Source: Octopus sinensis (Eukaryota). From it: 58,420 nt of DNA. Positions 39,482-52,104 of the stretch are shown here, piece by piece; the first letter of the stretch is position 1, and each line of letters starts with the position of its first letter. The notes beneath the pieces are model-generated. The model did no database searches and was not told the DNA's origin. It saw only the letters and a list, made by a program, of their open reading frames with translations. A program made the translations under genes and the position numbers. The stretch spans positions 1 to 58,420 of the forward strand of contig NW_021833107.1 of the NCBI RefSeq assembly GCF_006345805.1. Direction: 5' to 3'.

Positions 39482-39760
39482 GATGGACCCTCCCATCGAA
39501 GACGACGTATGAATGTTCAGCTTTTGCCGAACGACTTGCGCAACTGATTTATTTATAATGATCAAATGTTCGTGTGCTGCACGTTAGCTCACTCCTTCCA
39601 TCAAATCGATGATGTCTGAACAGGTGCAATGTGTATCATGCGCCAGGTGTCGAAATGATCTTATTGCAACGGGAGATGAAGTGTTTTGCTCAAGAACACA
39701 ACGCACCACCCTGTCTGGGAATTGAAACCACGATCTTGCTGCACGTGAGTGCAGCACACA
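39482..39760 (-). mobile_element. tRNA-derived SINE, family D (CORE-like)
   Basis: Minus strand GGTTTCAATTCCCAGAC B-box followed by GTTGTGTTCTTGAGCAAAACACTT; single copy here. Confidence 0.6.
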
Positions 39761-40019
39761 AATCATCTTCACAATGTACTTTTTATTTTTTATCAGAGTG
39801 TCCGTGATCAATAGGAGGAAAGCGGAAATATTATCCTAAAACCGATGATCAAGTCTGAGCGCTTGTGTATGTATGTATATTTATGCGCATATACAGAAAA
39901 CTATTTGATGACTTCTCTTTCGCACGACAATCCATATATATCTGCAAAGTTTGCTTGTATATATATATATTGTTGTCGACAGCATTAACTAATAACCGAG
40001 TAGTTAATCTGTAGCGAGT

Positions 40020-40520
40020 GATTGAGCCTATTCATCCCGATGAGTACGAAGGGTTTCGATGCCTGAGGTAGCTGTTCAGCCAAAGGGCAGTATAGAAGAG
40101 CCGGGGGCATTTATCGAAGGGAAAAGCTGGCGGAGAACGTGGAAATGCAAGTCGCTCTTTCCGTCTTTGACGTCTGAACTCTGCCTCTTGACGTTTGCTA
40201 TTTTTCATCTGGTCCGTTCTCATGACGATGACATGCTGACACTTTGCGTGGCCCTTGGCAATTGTCTCCCAGGTATTTGGGTCAAAAGAACAGTGGAAGA
40301 GAGTAACCTTGAGCTGCGGAAATGGAATTTGGGGTCTCCTCGTGGTCTGGTGCCTGAAACCAACTCCACAAAGAGGAGTTGACAGGGAAGGCGTATATGA
40401 GGCAGACGTATAATGTGTCGAGACCAGCGTAGGTGGTGTCGTGTCATAGTAGCTTCAAAGATGAGCAGTCAAGCGGAGTAGAACCTTTTCATTGATAATA
40501 TAATCCTTCCACGGAATCTC
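40020..40520 (-). mobile_element. 3' end of RTE-clade LINE
   Basis: HLRWSRHIIRLPHIRLPCQLLFVELVSGTRPRG.PK and RRQRRKER...CPRLF..ALWLNSYLR resemble the RTE/BovB C-terminus. Confidence 0.85.
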
Positions 40521-41396
40521 AATGATTGCGCGAAGTTTGTGCTGTTCGAAACGGTCGGTTTACTTCAAATCCCGTCAATACAACACCCATATCCACTGCT
40601 GTAGAGTAGTGTGCAAAAGACGACAGCTCAGAATACCATATACACACACACAGATAAATAGATAGATTCTTGTGTGTGTGTGTGTATACACACATATATT
40701 CTTGTATGTGTGTGTTTCTGTAGATACACAGACACATACATACATAGTATGTAGATATGGTCTGTTTAAAGCAAATTTGCATATTGCAGTATTTCAGATT
40801 TTATATTTGTGAGGTACGCATAAGTGTTTAAAACTACTACGAAATATTTTTTTGCAGATTAATAACATATCAAAACAGAAGAATAGAAAAATTTCTTTGA
40901 TATTATTTATTCACATCAAACGGTTTTTTTCTCTCTCTCTCTCTCTCGTCTAAGAGGTTTAACAGCAATATTCGCTTATACTGAAATATAATCAACTGGA
41001 TTATATTAAAGCAGAATAGTATGCAGATAGGGTTATAATCCAAGCTGTGTCCTCTTGAAGCACATCTGCTCGTGCCAGTACTCCAAAACAGTACATTGTT
41101 GTAATATTTGGGTAACTTATACATGATAGTTGAAAAATGTCGGAAAATATTTTTCGAAAGTAGTTTCATATCAAAATATAAGATTGGGAAAAAATTTGGT
41201 ATTATTTATTCGCTAATATTTGATGGTGAATAAATAAAACAGGAAAAAAAAACTTATTTTGTTTAAATAAGGACAGACAGATCGATACATAGATAGATAC
41301 TTGGAAATTCTACATAAAATCTAAAGGAGTACTGCTATAATTCTTTATTCTAAGCGAAGCGCTTCTAAATGTTTTCCTAACATTCGATGTAGTTAA

Positions 41397-43255
41397 GGCG
41401 GTGAGCTGGCTGAATCATAAGCACGCCTTTCGGTGGGGTCAATAAAATAAGAACTAGTTGAGCGCTGGGGTCGATGTAATCGACTTAGCCCCTTCTCCAA
41501 AACTGCTGGCCTTGTCCAAAATTTCAAAACCAATATTTAATTTATTTGAAGGTGGCGAGTTAGCTGAAACGTTAGCACGCAGGGTGAAATGCATAGCCGT
41601 ATTTCGTCTGCCGTTACGTTCTGAGTTCAAATTCCGCCGAGGTCGACTTTGCCTTTCATCCTTTCGGGGTCGATAAATTAAGTACCAGTAATCGACTTAA
41701 TCCGTTTGTCTGTCCTTGTTTGTCCTCTCTGTGTTTAGCCCGTTGTGGGCAATAAAGAAACATATATTTCGTCTGTCTTTACATTCTGAGTTCAAATTCC
41801 GACGAAGTCGACTTTGCCTTCCATCCTTTCGCGGTCGATAAGTTAAGTACCAGTTACGTACTGGAGTCCATCTAATCGACACTCCCCCTCCCTCAAAATT
41901 TCGGGCCTTGTGCAAAGAGTAGAAAACGATATTCAATGTATTTAAGGCGGTGACTTGGCAGAATCGTTATCACGACGAGCAAGATGCTTAGAGGCATTTC
42001 GTTCGTCTTTATGTTCTGAATTCAAACTCTTACGAATGTCTTACACAATTGTAACATCCAAATATAATTTTGGAGTACTGGGATATGCAGACGTGGTTCA
42101 TAAGGATAGAGTTTCGATTGTAACCCTCTCTCTCTCTGTATAGGCACACACACACACATATACTATACCATCTAACCTTAAAAAATAACATTTGTTCATT
42201 TATTTATTTATTTATGATATTAATTGCACATTTCTTTGCCATATTTAAAGTATATTTTGACAAATCAAATAAAACAGATTTCATTCATCGTGTCTATGTA
42301 GTTCCCTTTCCTCTACCGCCCTTCACATCCATTTCAATTTAACATAACATATTTTTGTTTCTTTTCTACACTAGTACCCATAGCATTGTATGTATCAGGT
42401 ATTGTGAATAGCACTGAAATCTTTAAGAAATCGGTTTGATAATTATGTTCCATATTTAAAGGCGGTGAGCTGGCAGAAACGTTAGCACGCCGGGCGAAAT
42501 GCGTAGCGGTATTTCGTCTGCCGTTACGTTCAGAGTTCAAATTCCGCCGAGGTCGACTTTGCTTTTCATCCTTTCGGGGTCGATAAATTAAGTACCAGTT
42601 ACGCACTGGGGTCCATATAATCGACTTAATCCGTTTGTCTGTCCTTGTTTGTCCTCTCTGTGTTTAGCCCTTTGTGGGTAGTAAAAATTATGTATTTCGT
42701 CTGTCGCTACGTTCTGAGTTCAAATTCTGCGGAAGTCGATTTTGCCTTTCATCCTTTCGGGGTCGATAAATTAAGTACCAGTTGTGTACTGGAGTCAATA
42801 TAATCTACTCTCCTCTTCCTCCAAAATGTCGGCTCTTGTGTCAAGAGCAGAAAAGAATTAGGTTCCATCTTTATTATTATGACAGCGTTACGTCTGAGTT
42901 CAAATTCCACCGACCCTGACTTTGCTTTTCGTCCTTTAGCTAATTACTGGCGTTAATGTACCCAACATACCCCATCTCTCCAAATTTCAGGCCTTGTGCT
43001 TATAGATGAAAGATTTATTTTGATAGTGTTACGAGTACTGGGAGAATAGCTGAACCCTTAGGAGCCTTCGATCAATATTTCTATCGGCATTTAGTTACAA
43101 TGTTTTACGTTCTGATTTCAAATCCAGCCCGTGTCAACATTTTTTTTCCTTCCGCGAACAATAAAAGTACCAGTGATGTATAAGTGTTGATTTAATCGAC
43201 TAACACACATCCTTCAAAAATTGCCTACCTTGTGTCTAAATTAGAAATGTTTATC
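41397..43255 (+). mobile_element. Head-to-tail cluster of at least 6 SINE family A copies (41397, 41551 dimer, 41946, 42461 dimer, 42887, about 43040)
   Basis: Repeated GGCGGTGAGCTGGC.GAA heads and GAGTTCAAATTCC B-boxes, all on +. Confidence 0.9.
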
Positions 43256-43294
43256 AATTAATAGTATTTCCAAGGCTTATTATCAATACTTTGT

Positions 43295-43574
43295 TCCTTC
43301 TCAAGCCATGCCTGGCTCATAGGGCCGGTTTCCTTGGCGTATATGTTCCCCACCTGGACGGGACATCGGTCCGTCGCAGGTGAGCTGCAAGAGGAAAGAG
43401 TGAGAGAAAGCTGTGGCGAAAGAGTCAGCAGAAGTTCACCATTACCTTCTGCCGGTGCCACGTGGAGCTTAGGTGTTTCCCTCATAAACACACACATCGC
43501 CCGGTCTGAGATTCGAACCCGCGATCCCTCGACTGCGAGTCCGCTGCTCCAACCACTAGGCCATGTGCCTCTAC
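43295..43574 (-). mobile_element. tRNA-derived SINE with family C-like head, different (V-domain-like) tail and 13-bp TSD
   Basis: Head GAGGCACATGGCCTAGTGGTTGGAGCAGCGGACTCGCAGTCG...GGTTCGAATCTC; TSD ATCAATACTTTGT at 43282-43294 and 43575-43587. Confidence 0.9.
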
Positions 43575-45079
43575 ATCAATACTTTGTAGCCAATAGAAAT
43601 GACTTAATATACTTCCAATTTTTTTTTTCTTCATTTGTCTGCTTCTTTCTCTCTCTCACTCTATGGCTCATACTTATTCATTTTACAATTAAAATATAAT
43701 ACCTCTTCAAAGTCGTGACATCTAATATAAGAGATTATCAGGAAGCGGAGAAGTGGTTGGTTCAATTGTTTTAACAGTTCTGTTCTAATTTAAGAAATTT
43801 CATGTTAATACATCTGAACCTCCGGTGTTCTTTTTTTTTTTTTTCAGCATGTTCCCTTAACTTCTTGAGATTCTATTTTTACTTTAAACTTGTTGATTTT
43901 TATATTTTTTTCTTTTTCTCCTTCACCTGATTTTTTCAACGTCTTTTCTTTCCTTCTTTCAACCCATTTCCTTTTGCGATATGTCTTTCTGATTGTAAAT
44001 ACTATTATTTTTCTTAAAATATTTGTATCCGCGTTTATGTTGGTGGTTGTGAAGAAAAAATCTTGTGAAAAATTGTGAAAATCTTGTGAAAGATTGTGAA
44101 AATCTTGATTTATTTTCTTAGATTATATCATCTGGAAACCGTAGAAGTGTTGCCTTTATTTTCTTTTTACTCTCTCTATCAATGTGAGAGTATTGAGATG
44201 GTAATTGGTAGATGGTCCAAGGTAATCTGGAAAACTATTTGCACGGGAGACGTAGTTGAAATGCTTGTGGGCATATCTCTGTTGCGTGGAGTTGAACATC
44301 ACTCCTGATGATGAAATGTTGCAGTTGACTTAGTATTAATGTGTTAGGGGTGGTCATTTATAATAAAAGATAGTTTTGTTTTGATGTTATTGTGTTATCC
44401 ATTTTGTTCTACCATTTGGAAGCTAGTAGGTATTTGGTACATTGAAGTTACTACCACTAATGGTGTTTGCGAGTGTTCCAATGCTATAGTTGCAGTGTGT
44501 AAACTTGCAGCACGAAACCTATGAACGACTTCCAGTAATACTTTGCAATGCTGCTGATTCGTAACAAGCTCTACAGAAATTTTGTCAGTTGAGCACACGC
44601 AGGTAGCATAGAGCAACAAACATTCTGCACACATTTGTTCAGTTACCGAGCATTATTCACAAGTGGAGTTGTGCTGAACGGATACGGCTGTCGGATGAGT
44701 TTTTCGTCAATAGCGTTCCACTTGTTTCCTTTAACAAGAAGAACAAACAGTCTTCCTCCCCCTGGTGACAATAACCTCATGGCTATTGATGAAATACTAG
44801 GGGATATTGTTGGGATACTAGAGAACAGATCTCTGTTTGCCAGGTCAATTCCTCATCAATTTCCTCGGATTATTCCTTCAATTTATTTGGCAATTTATCA
44901 TGATCAGCACCAATACTGTCGAATTAATCATGTTTACCAATATTTTTCAACTTCTCTTCTTTTGTAGATGTTTTTATGCCTCAAAATCTCGTCTTTTGTG
45001 TCAACAAATAATCGTTAATTAAATTATCAGTATAAACATATACTACATTAATTTTACTTTTTATGTTTCTAATATCGAA

Positions 45080-45340
45080 GGCATCGTGCAAAATGCTTAG
45101 CGGCAATTTTGTCTGACTTTACGTTCTGAGTTCAAATTCCGCCGAGATCCACTTTACCTTTCATCTTTTCGAGATGGATAAAATAATTAATGGAGAGAGT
45201 TAAAAAGATAAAGACAACACTTCTACGGTTTCCAGATGATTTAATCTAAGAAATTAAATCAAGAACACTGGGGATCGATGTCATCTACTTACCCCTCCCC
45301 CAAAACTGCTGGCCTTGTGTCAAAATTTGAAACCAATAAT
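45080..45340 (+). mobile_element. SINE family A interrupted by a 72-bp foreign insertion
   Basis: Family A sequence on both sides of 45193-45264. Confidence 0.85.
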
Positions 45341-48300
45341 ATAAGCTATTTTAGCTCGCATTCATTCTTCAAGACGACATTCGACCTATAAAGCCTTTGC
45401 TTTACTATGTCTAGTGATTTCGTGATCATCACGATTATACGCTTAATTGCAATAGAATTACTTTTAAATATTTCATGATTGTAAATCCAACATTTAATTG
45501 TACTATTTTAGCTGTAACTAAGATCTGTCTGTCTGTCTCTCTCTCTCTGTCCTCTCTCTCTCTCTCTCTCTCGCGTGTCTGTGTGTGAGTGTGCTGTGTC
45601 TATATTTACACTTGGAATAGATGAGTCGAAATCTACAAATTATCTTACACAAAACGTTGTGTTGTTTTCAGGGACTTTTGATAGAAGTTACTTGTTTAAA
45701 CACACATTCTCTGATGATGGATTAGTAAGTTCCAGATATATGTGTCCTTTATATAACTATGTGTTCTTATATATATGTGTTCTTTATTTCACTCGTATGG
45801 TGATCAGTCTTCCTTTACCTTCTTCAGACGAGCTCCGAAGCAGTTTGAAACTTTTCAATGTTTTAACCCCTAAATTGATAAGGTTAATCACTCGTTGATG
45901 GGTATGTCCAATAGAGCAAACTTAGAGCAATTGGCTTCATTTATTTTCACTAGTACGTTGACAACTAAATAGGAAAATGATTTTGTAGAACCCTTATTCA
46001 AAACAGAATATGAAAACTTCCATGTAATGTAAACGGTCAACATTGATAATAAATACGTAAATATTATGACTGTTTCGATTTTACTGGCAACAATTCATTT
46101 CAGTTTACAAGCTCATTAGTCCAATTATTACACTGCGAACGCCTTCGAGAAATGAATTTGTGCTTCTTTATTTAGTTATTCTCTTCTCTCTAACATTAGG
46201 GGCTCCTATCAACTGAGTGGTCAACACTATTAGTTAATGATCTTCCCCTAAACATTCAGTTCATATATTTCCATGCAAGATATAAATGGAATATTAAAGT
46301 GAGGATCAATAAATGAAGAGTGTATGTAATCAAGATAATTTTTTCACCGATATAATTACATCCTTTTTCTCAATTGTGTTGAAGCAATCCTATTCTTCAT
46401 ATATCTCGATACGTAACGTTGTTTGTCAGTAAGTATGCACAACTGAGAAAATACAGAAAGACATGTCGATAGGCTACTGGATAAACAGTCTAAAGGTCGT
46501 AACCTGTAACCGCATTGTATTGTGCCTGTGACTGAAACACTTAAGTCTTAAAAGCTCAGTCTACCTGGCTGCAAATAGGTGTCGTTATGGTGAAACAACT
46601 TCATGAATTTACAGCAGAACTATAAATTTGACTTTTCTATGAACTGAATTTGACATAGTTCATTCAAAATTTTCTAATCCGATTAAGATACACTACATGA
46701 TTACCTCTGCACTGGTGATCTTATGACCCCGTGGATTATGGAACACATCAAAATATGAAATACAAAAACTTTAATCGTACAGTTCTTTTTAGATCATAGA
46801 GATAAATGCAATCCTAGTAGTATATTCTTAGAAACCCACTATTTGAATAAGCTCATCTTAGAATAAAGTAATACAGTGTAGCATAGTGGTATAAAAACTG
46901 AAAATTAAGGTGAGGATTTTTGACTCATAACGCATTGATCTGTCATATCGATACAAGCCAGTTACTTAAAATAGGAAAGGAAAGTAAAATACTGTTAGAC
47001 ACGTACCTTTCTCAGGGGCACTTGCAGTGCATTAAATAGAGCAGATTGCTCTTAATTTAACTTGGATAAAATTGTAGATGTAGCTCATATGTAGTTTACA
47101 CCTTTATAGACTTTGTTTTCTGTTTTATTTTTCTTTAATATTCTGTTCTGATTGATGAGGGTTTAATTCAGATGCTTGTCACTTTCTTGGGTATTTTCTA
47201 AAATCATTTCCTACCAAATAAATATTTATTACTATTTTAGTCGTTCGCACAAATTCGGATAACTGAAATTAGTTTCTTGACCTGAAATATCCCTGAACAA
47301 GTTAAATATCCTGTTAATTTTATGGGAAAGAAGTGAGCAAGTTATATCAATCTCTTAACGAGGAAAATATAAGTCGGCCTCAGAACAGAAATCGCGGCAT
47401 CTAAATACTGCGAGATATTTTGTTCAGAGCTTAATGATTCTACTAATCGACTTCCTTACAGATTGGTACTTCTAACAGCATGTTTCCTAGCTACTAAGAA
47501 TATTTGTAGTGAAGTTATCACTGTTGTATACAAAACAAGCAGAGTACTAGTTATAGGACGTTAGCTCATAACATTTCAAAGTAGAGGCTTGTACTTTAAC
47601 TGCTCTGTCTGTCTAATTATGCAACAGATATCTATTTAGTGCGACGCTATCATACGAAATGTTACGTAATCTTGAAGAAAAAGATAAAGATATATGTGTT
47701 GTGACATGAGCAATTATAACGACAGCAGCCATCTGTTAATTTCAGATACGCAAACAAAGTTATTTTTGTTAAACTAACACTCGGTCTCTTTCTAATTCCA
47801 ACTTTCATTCATCCATTGGTTCATTCACCTTTCTAAAATTAAAACTGCTGTCGATTATATCGCCCATAAAACCATAGCTTAGAATCACTGGTAGAAATCA
47901 TTACACACATTGATACTTTTCTCGAAAACCTATTGTTGCTGAACTCCTGTCATATTTACCGATGTGGGTTCGTATCCCACGAGCAGCCTTCTACTTATTC
48001 TACCCAGAGGGTTTTAACTCAATATTTACACGTTCTTACTTATAGCTTTATTTGCTTCGAGATCTACCATTTCAAAGAAAGATTTATTGGTAGGTTACTT
48101 GCCGTTTTGTTATCTCACAGGCAAACACTGACCGAGCAGCCACGGGGTTACTTCACAATCGTTCAAAAGCGTGACAAAAAATCTGCCCGATCCGGACTTC
48201 ATTGTCCATGTGTCCTCTCAGGCTGCTATCGAATGTACTGTTAAGGGAAACTCCATGACTAGACTGTCACTCTCAGATAGAACTAATCGAGAATCGCTCT

Positions 48301-48928
48301 GCTTGCAGGGTTTCAAACAGTTAGTGATATTTCGACTAAATCTTTTTTTAAGCTTAGTTTGAGGAATGAAAGTAATCTCCACAGCATTTCAATGCCAATT
48401 CTGTTATGTTCGTATAATTTATATAGAGAATGGAATTTTGCCAAAGTAGTTTTCTTTTTTTTTTTACAGGATTTCGTTGAGCGGTATCAATGATGTTTTG
48501 AGAAAGAAGCAACAGGGCAAATTACAAAAATGTAAGGTCACGAGAAGGTTAACAAGGGAAAGAGAGTTGAAATAAGTAGGAAAGATATGGTGGTAGTATA
48601 CGCTCAGCTAGTTAAGAGGTTTGTTTTTAATATAGGTACAAGTTACTGAGAGACATATGGTTAATGAGTAACTCTGAGAATGTACTATCTTACTATTGGA
48701 GCAGTGACGAATACACAGACTACTATAGTACTAGATGCTTATATAATACACTAGATAAACTATGGTGACAGACGTGTTCGAACACCGAAATGTGTGTATT
48801 AATAGAGGGATAGCAACCAAATAGATGTGAGCATTAATCCATTGTGAAGTAAACATTTGTTTCTGTAAAATTCATGTAGGAGTGAGTTTCTAAAATACTT
48901 TTTTGCTTTGAAAATAAAAGCAAATCTA

Positions 48929-48997
<69 letters not shown>

Positions 48998-49394
48998 GTG
49001 TGTGTACTAAGTAACGTTAAGGATATGTTTCTTTGAAAAGAATATTTTTATTTTTGCTTCAATGGAACTTAGTTGATCGTATTTGTGCTGAAGGGTTGTC
49101 TTCAAACAACATCTGTTGGGAAATGACTGGTTTGAATGCAAACGAAGTTTCAAGTCATTGAAATATGAAAGACTTTACTGTGGTGTCAACTGCCAGAAAA
49201 ACCCAGTCATGACTGACAGTGTGTAAATCATTAATGTAAAGGAGAAAAAAGGAGAAAGATAAATCAGTTTTGAGAGAGATGCAGGGAACGCTATCAACAT
49301 ATGCTAACGAATTTAGCTCAGTATCCTACAGCAAAATGTATAAGGAACAACAAGTGGACAGAAAATAAGCAATAAGAGAAGCTTAAATATATCG

Positions 49395-49795
49395 ACCAAA
49401 GCGATACCCTAAAGTCCAACCCCTCCTCAAAGCGGTAGGATGGTGTAAACCGGGCAGTGTCAGAGCTATGCCGTCGGGAACCTCGGTTCCTGGTAGGGCC
49501 ACCCAAGCCGGATTGATCTGGCACCGAGCGGTATTAGGGCCGTAGCCTGGCCAACGGGGCTCTGGTGAAAATTCCAAGAGGTGTCTGATCGGCAACCGGC
49601 AGCTTCGAGGTCGGTCTGTCCCTGTGTCTGTGGAGACGCCGCAGCAAACAGGGCATCCCGTCACTCGGAATATGCATGCGGGATGTCGGGGACCGATTGT
49701 GAATTCTATATTCCCACGAAACTTCTAGGAATCCTACTGTCAGGACCAGAGAAGAAGCCGGCTCAACCCGCCCTGGGTGAACGCCGTCACAGGTA
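49395..49795 (+). mobile_element. GC-rich fragment resembling an RTE-type LINE 5' UTR
   Basis: GAGCTATGCCGTCGGG..CCTGGTAGGGCCACCCAAG resembles a motif I recall from RTE 5' UTRs; no ORF follows; tentative. Confidence 0.45.
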
Positions 49796-50104
49796 AGTAC
49801 CAAAGCAATCGCAAATTGAGTAAATTTACTGCAGTATCAAAGATTTAGAAAGAAAATAAACATATATGTGAGAAATTAAGTATATAATACTAGATTATAA
49901 ATGAGGCACTGAGCTACAATAATTAAAGGAATAAAAAATGTTACAAATTTATTGCAAAATATTACATTGAAATCAGAATTGAATATCGTATTGAATGCAG
50001 TATATACATCCTATTGTAATTGATTATTTTATTGAATACAGTATTGGGTATTGTATTATATTGGAATTGATTATGTATTAAACAAAATATTGAACAAGTG
50101 TACA

Positions 50105-50136
<32 letters not shown>

Positions 50137-50150
50137 CACATACACACACA

Positions 50151-50237
<87 letters not shown>

Positions 50238-50529
50238 GTTAAGCCCCTTACATTCTTTCTCCGTTTGTTTTTCTCTCTCTCTATTCTCCACACACACCTC
50301 AATCCTTTCTGCCGAAGGGCGTAGGCTTCAAATGTCAAAGATTTTTCCATTCTTCCCGACTGTCAAACATACAACTATTTGTTATTTCCTTACTTGTTTT
50401 CACCTTTTTTTTTCTGTACGCCATAAAATATCGTTTTATGTTTATTCTAACTTGTAAAGGTTTATATTTTTTATTAATTGACATTTTTATCCTTCAGGCT
50501 CCTATATGTGACTGTTTAATCATTCCATG

Positions 50530-51545
50530 TACAAAAGATGCCTTGGAACTGTCTGAATTTCAAAGAGGCCGTATTGTGGGTCATTCTGAAGGTGAACATA
50601 GCGTAAAATCGCAGAAAACCTTGGAGTCCCGCTTTCTACAGAAAGAGGAAGGAGTCCACATCACCTCGCCTAGATCAACCAGGGCCCTGTGACAGGACCC
50701 TTCTCTTTGCGAAGAGAAGTGTGGAGGATAATCCTCATTACAAAGCCTCTGACATAGAACAAGTTGAAGTCAGTCTGAGAACAGCGGGCAGATATCTTCG
50801 CAAACTTGGTTACTATGGCAGAGCTGCAAGAAGGAAGCCACTTCTTCGACCAGCCAACATCAAGCGGAGAAAAGATTGGGCCAGTGAGATGGTGGAGAGG
50901 CCACTATCATTTTAGGACACTGTCATATTCTCTGATGAATCCAGATTTGCTGTATTTCCTGACAGTGGTCAAGTGTGGGTCTGAAGACTGTGTGATCAAG
51001 AACTTAATGTGAGAAGACTGCAACCAACAATGAAACACGGTAGCTATTCTGTAATACTCTGGGGAACAATTTGGAGCAGTGGTTAATCAGAGCTGGTGGA
51101 GTGTGAGGGAAACATACACTCAGAAAATATGTGTCCATATTGCAGAAAGAATTCCTTCTAATCTTCTCCAGTAGTAAAATTATTAAAGAAGACTCTTTAT
51201 TTATGAAGATGGAGGTCTTCGTCTCACGGCTAAAACGACCCAAGATTTGTTGGACGAGAATAGCATCAAAACGTTTCTATAGCCAGGTCAGTCATCAGAT
51301 ATGAATCCTATTGAACGCCTCTGGGACATAATGTACAGGACACTTCATAAAAAGAACAAGAAAGCATTTTTTATTCCTTTAATTATTGTTGCTCAGTGCC
51401 TCATTTATAATTTAATATTAAATATTTAATTATAGCGGCACGAATTCTCACATATATGCAGATCATTACGTGAAACTTGGCAAGAGATTCCGCAATATAG
51501 GGTCGTTGCATTGAAAATGCAAAGGTCAGGTCTACTAACTATTAA
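50530..51545 (+). mobile_element. Decayed Tc1 (DD34E-type) transposase
   Basis: ELSEFQRGRIVG (N-terminal HTH), ARRKPLLRPANIKRRKDWA, TVIFSDESRF, PGQSSDMNPIERLWD; frameshifted; TIRs not recognised. Confidence 0.88.
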
Positions 51546-51677
51546 ATATTCACGTTATAACAATTAATAAATAATTTGAATGTATAATTTCAGATTTAAA
51601 TAAATTTTAATGATGATAAGGGCTTTTATTTGCTTCTGTTATGTCTTTGTATGTGTGTGTGTGAATGTGTATATATG

Positions 51678-51730
<53 letters not shown>

Positions 51731-51781
51731 CATACACACATACACATACATGCGTACATATATATATATACACAAATATGC

Positions 51782-51846
<65 letters not shown>

Positions 51847-52104
51847 AATATATACTGCTTTATGGAGAATGAATGAGATCTCAATATTTTGTTCAGGATA
51901 AGGCTTTTCATTGAAAATGAAATTGAGAATTAGTCTCCCGACTCGAGTTTCTCACTGCGTGAAACTCGAGAAGCGAAGCAAATTCTCTTTTCAGTTTTTA
52001 ATAAAAACAAACCAGCATGTATGTGTATATACATACGTACATATATATCATAGGTACATACATATATATATTTATAAATATATATAATACATACAAACAT
52101 AGCC

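Noticed and set aside
49861-51458. Inverted repeat pair initially read as Tc1 TIRs
   Set aside because: The right copy lies inside the transposase coding region, so it is reinterpreted as a templated insertion
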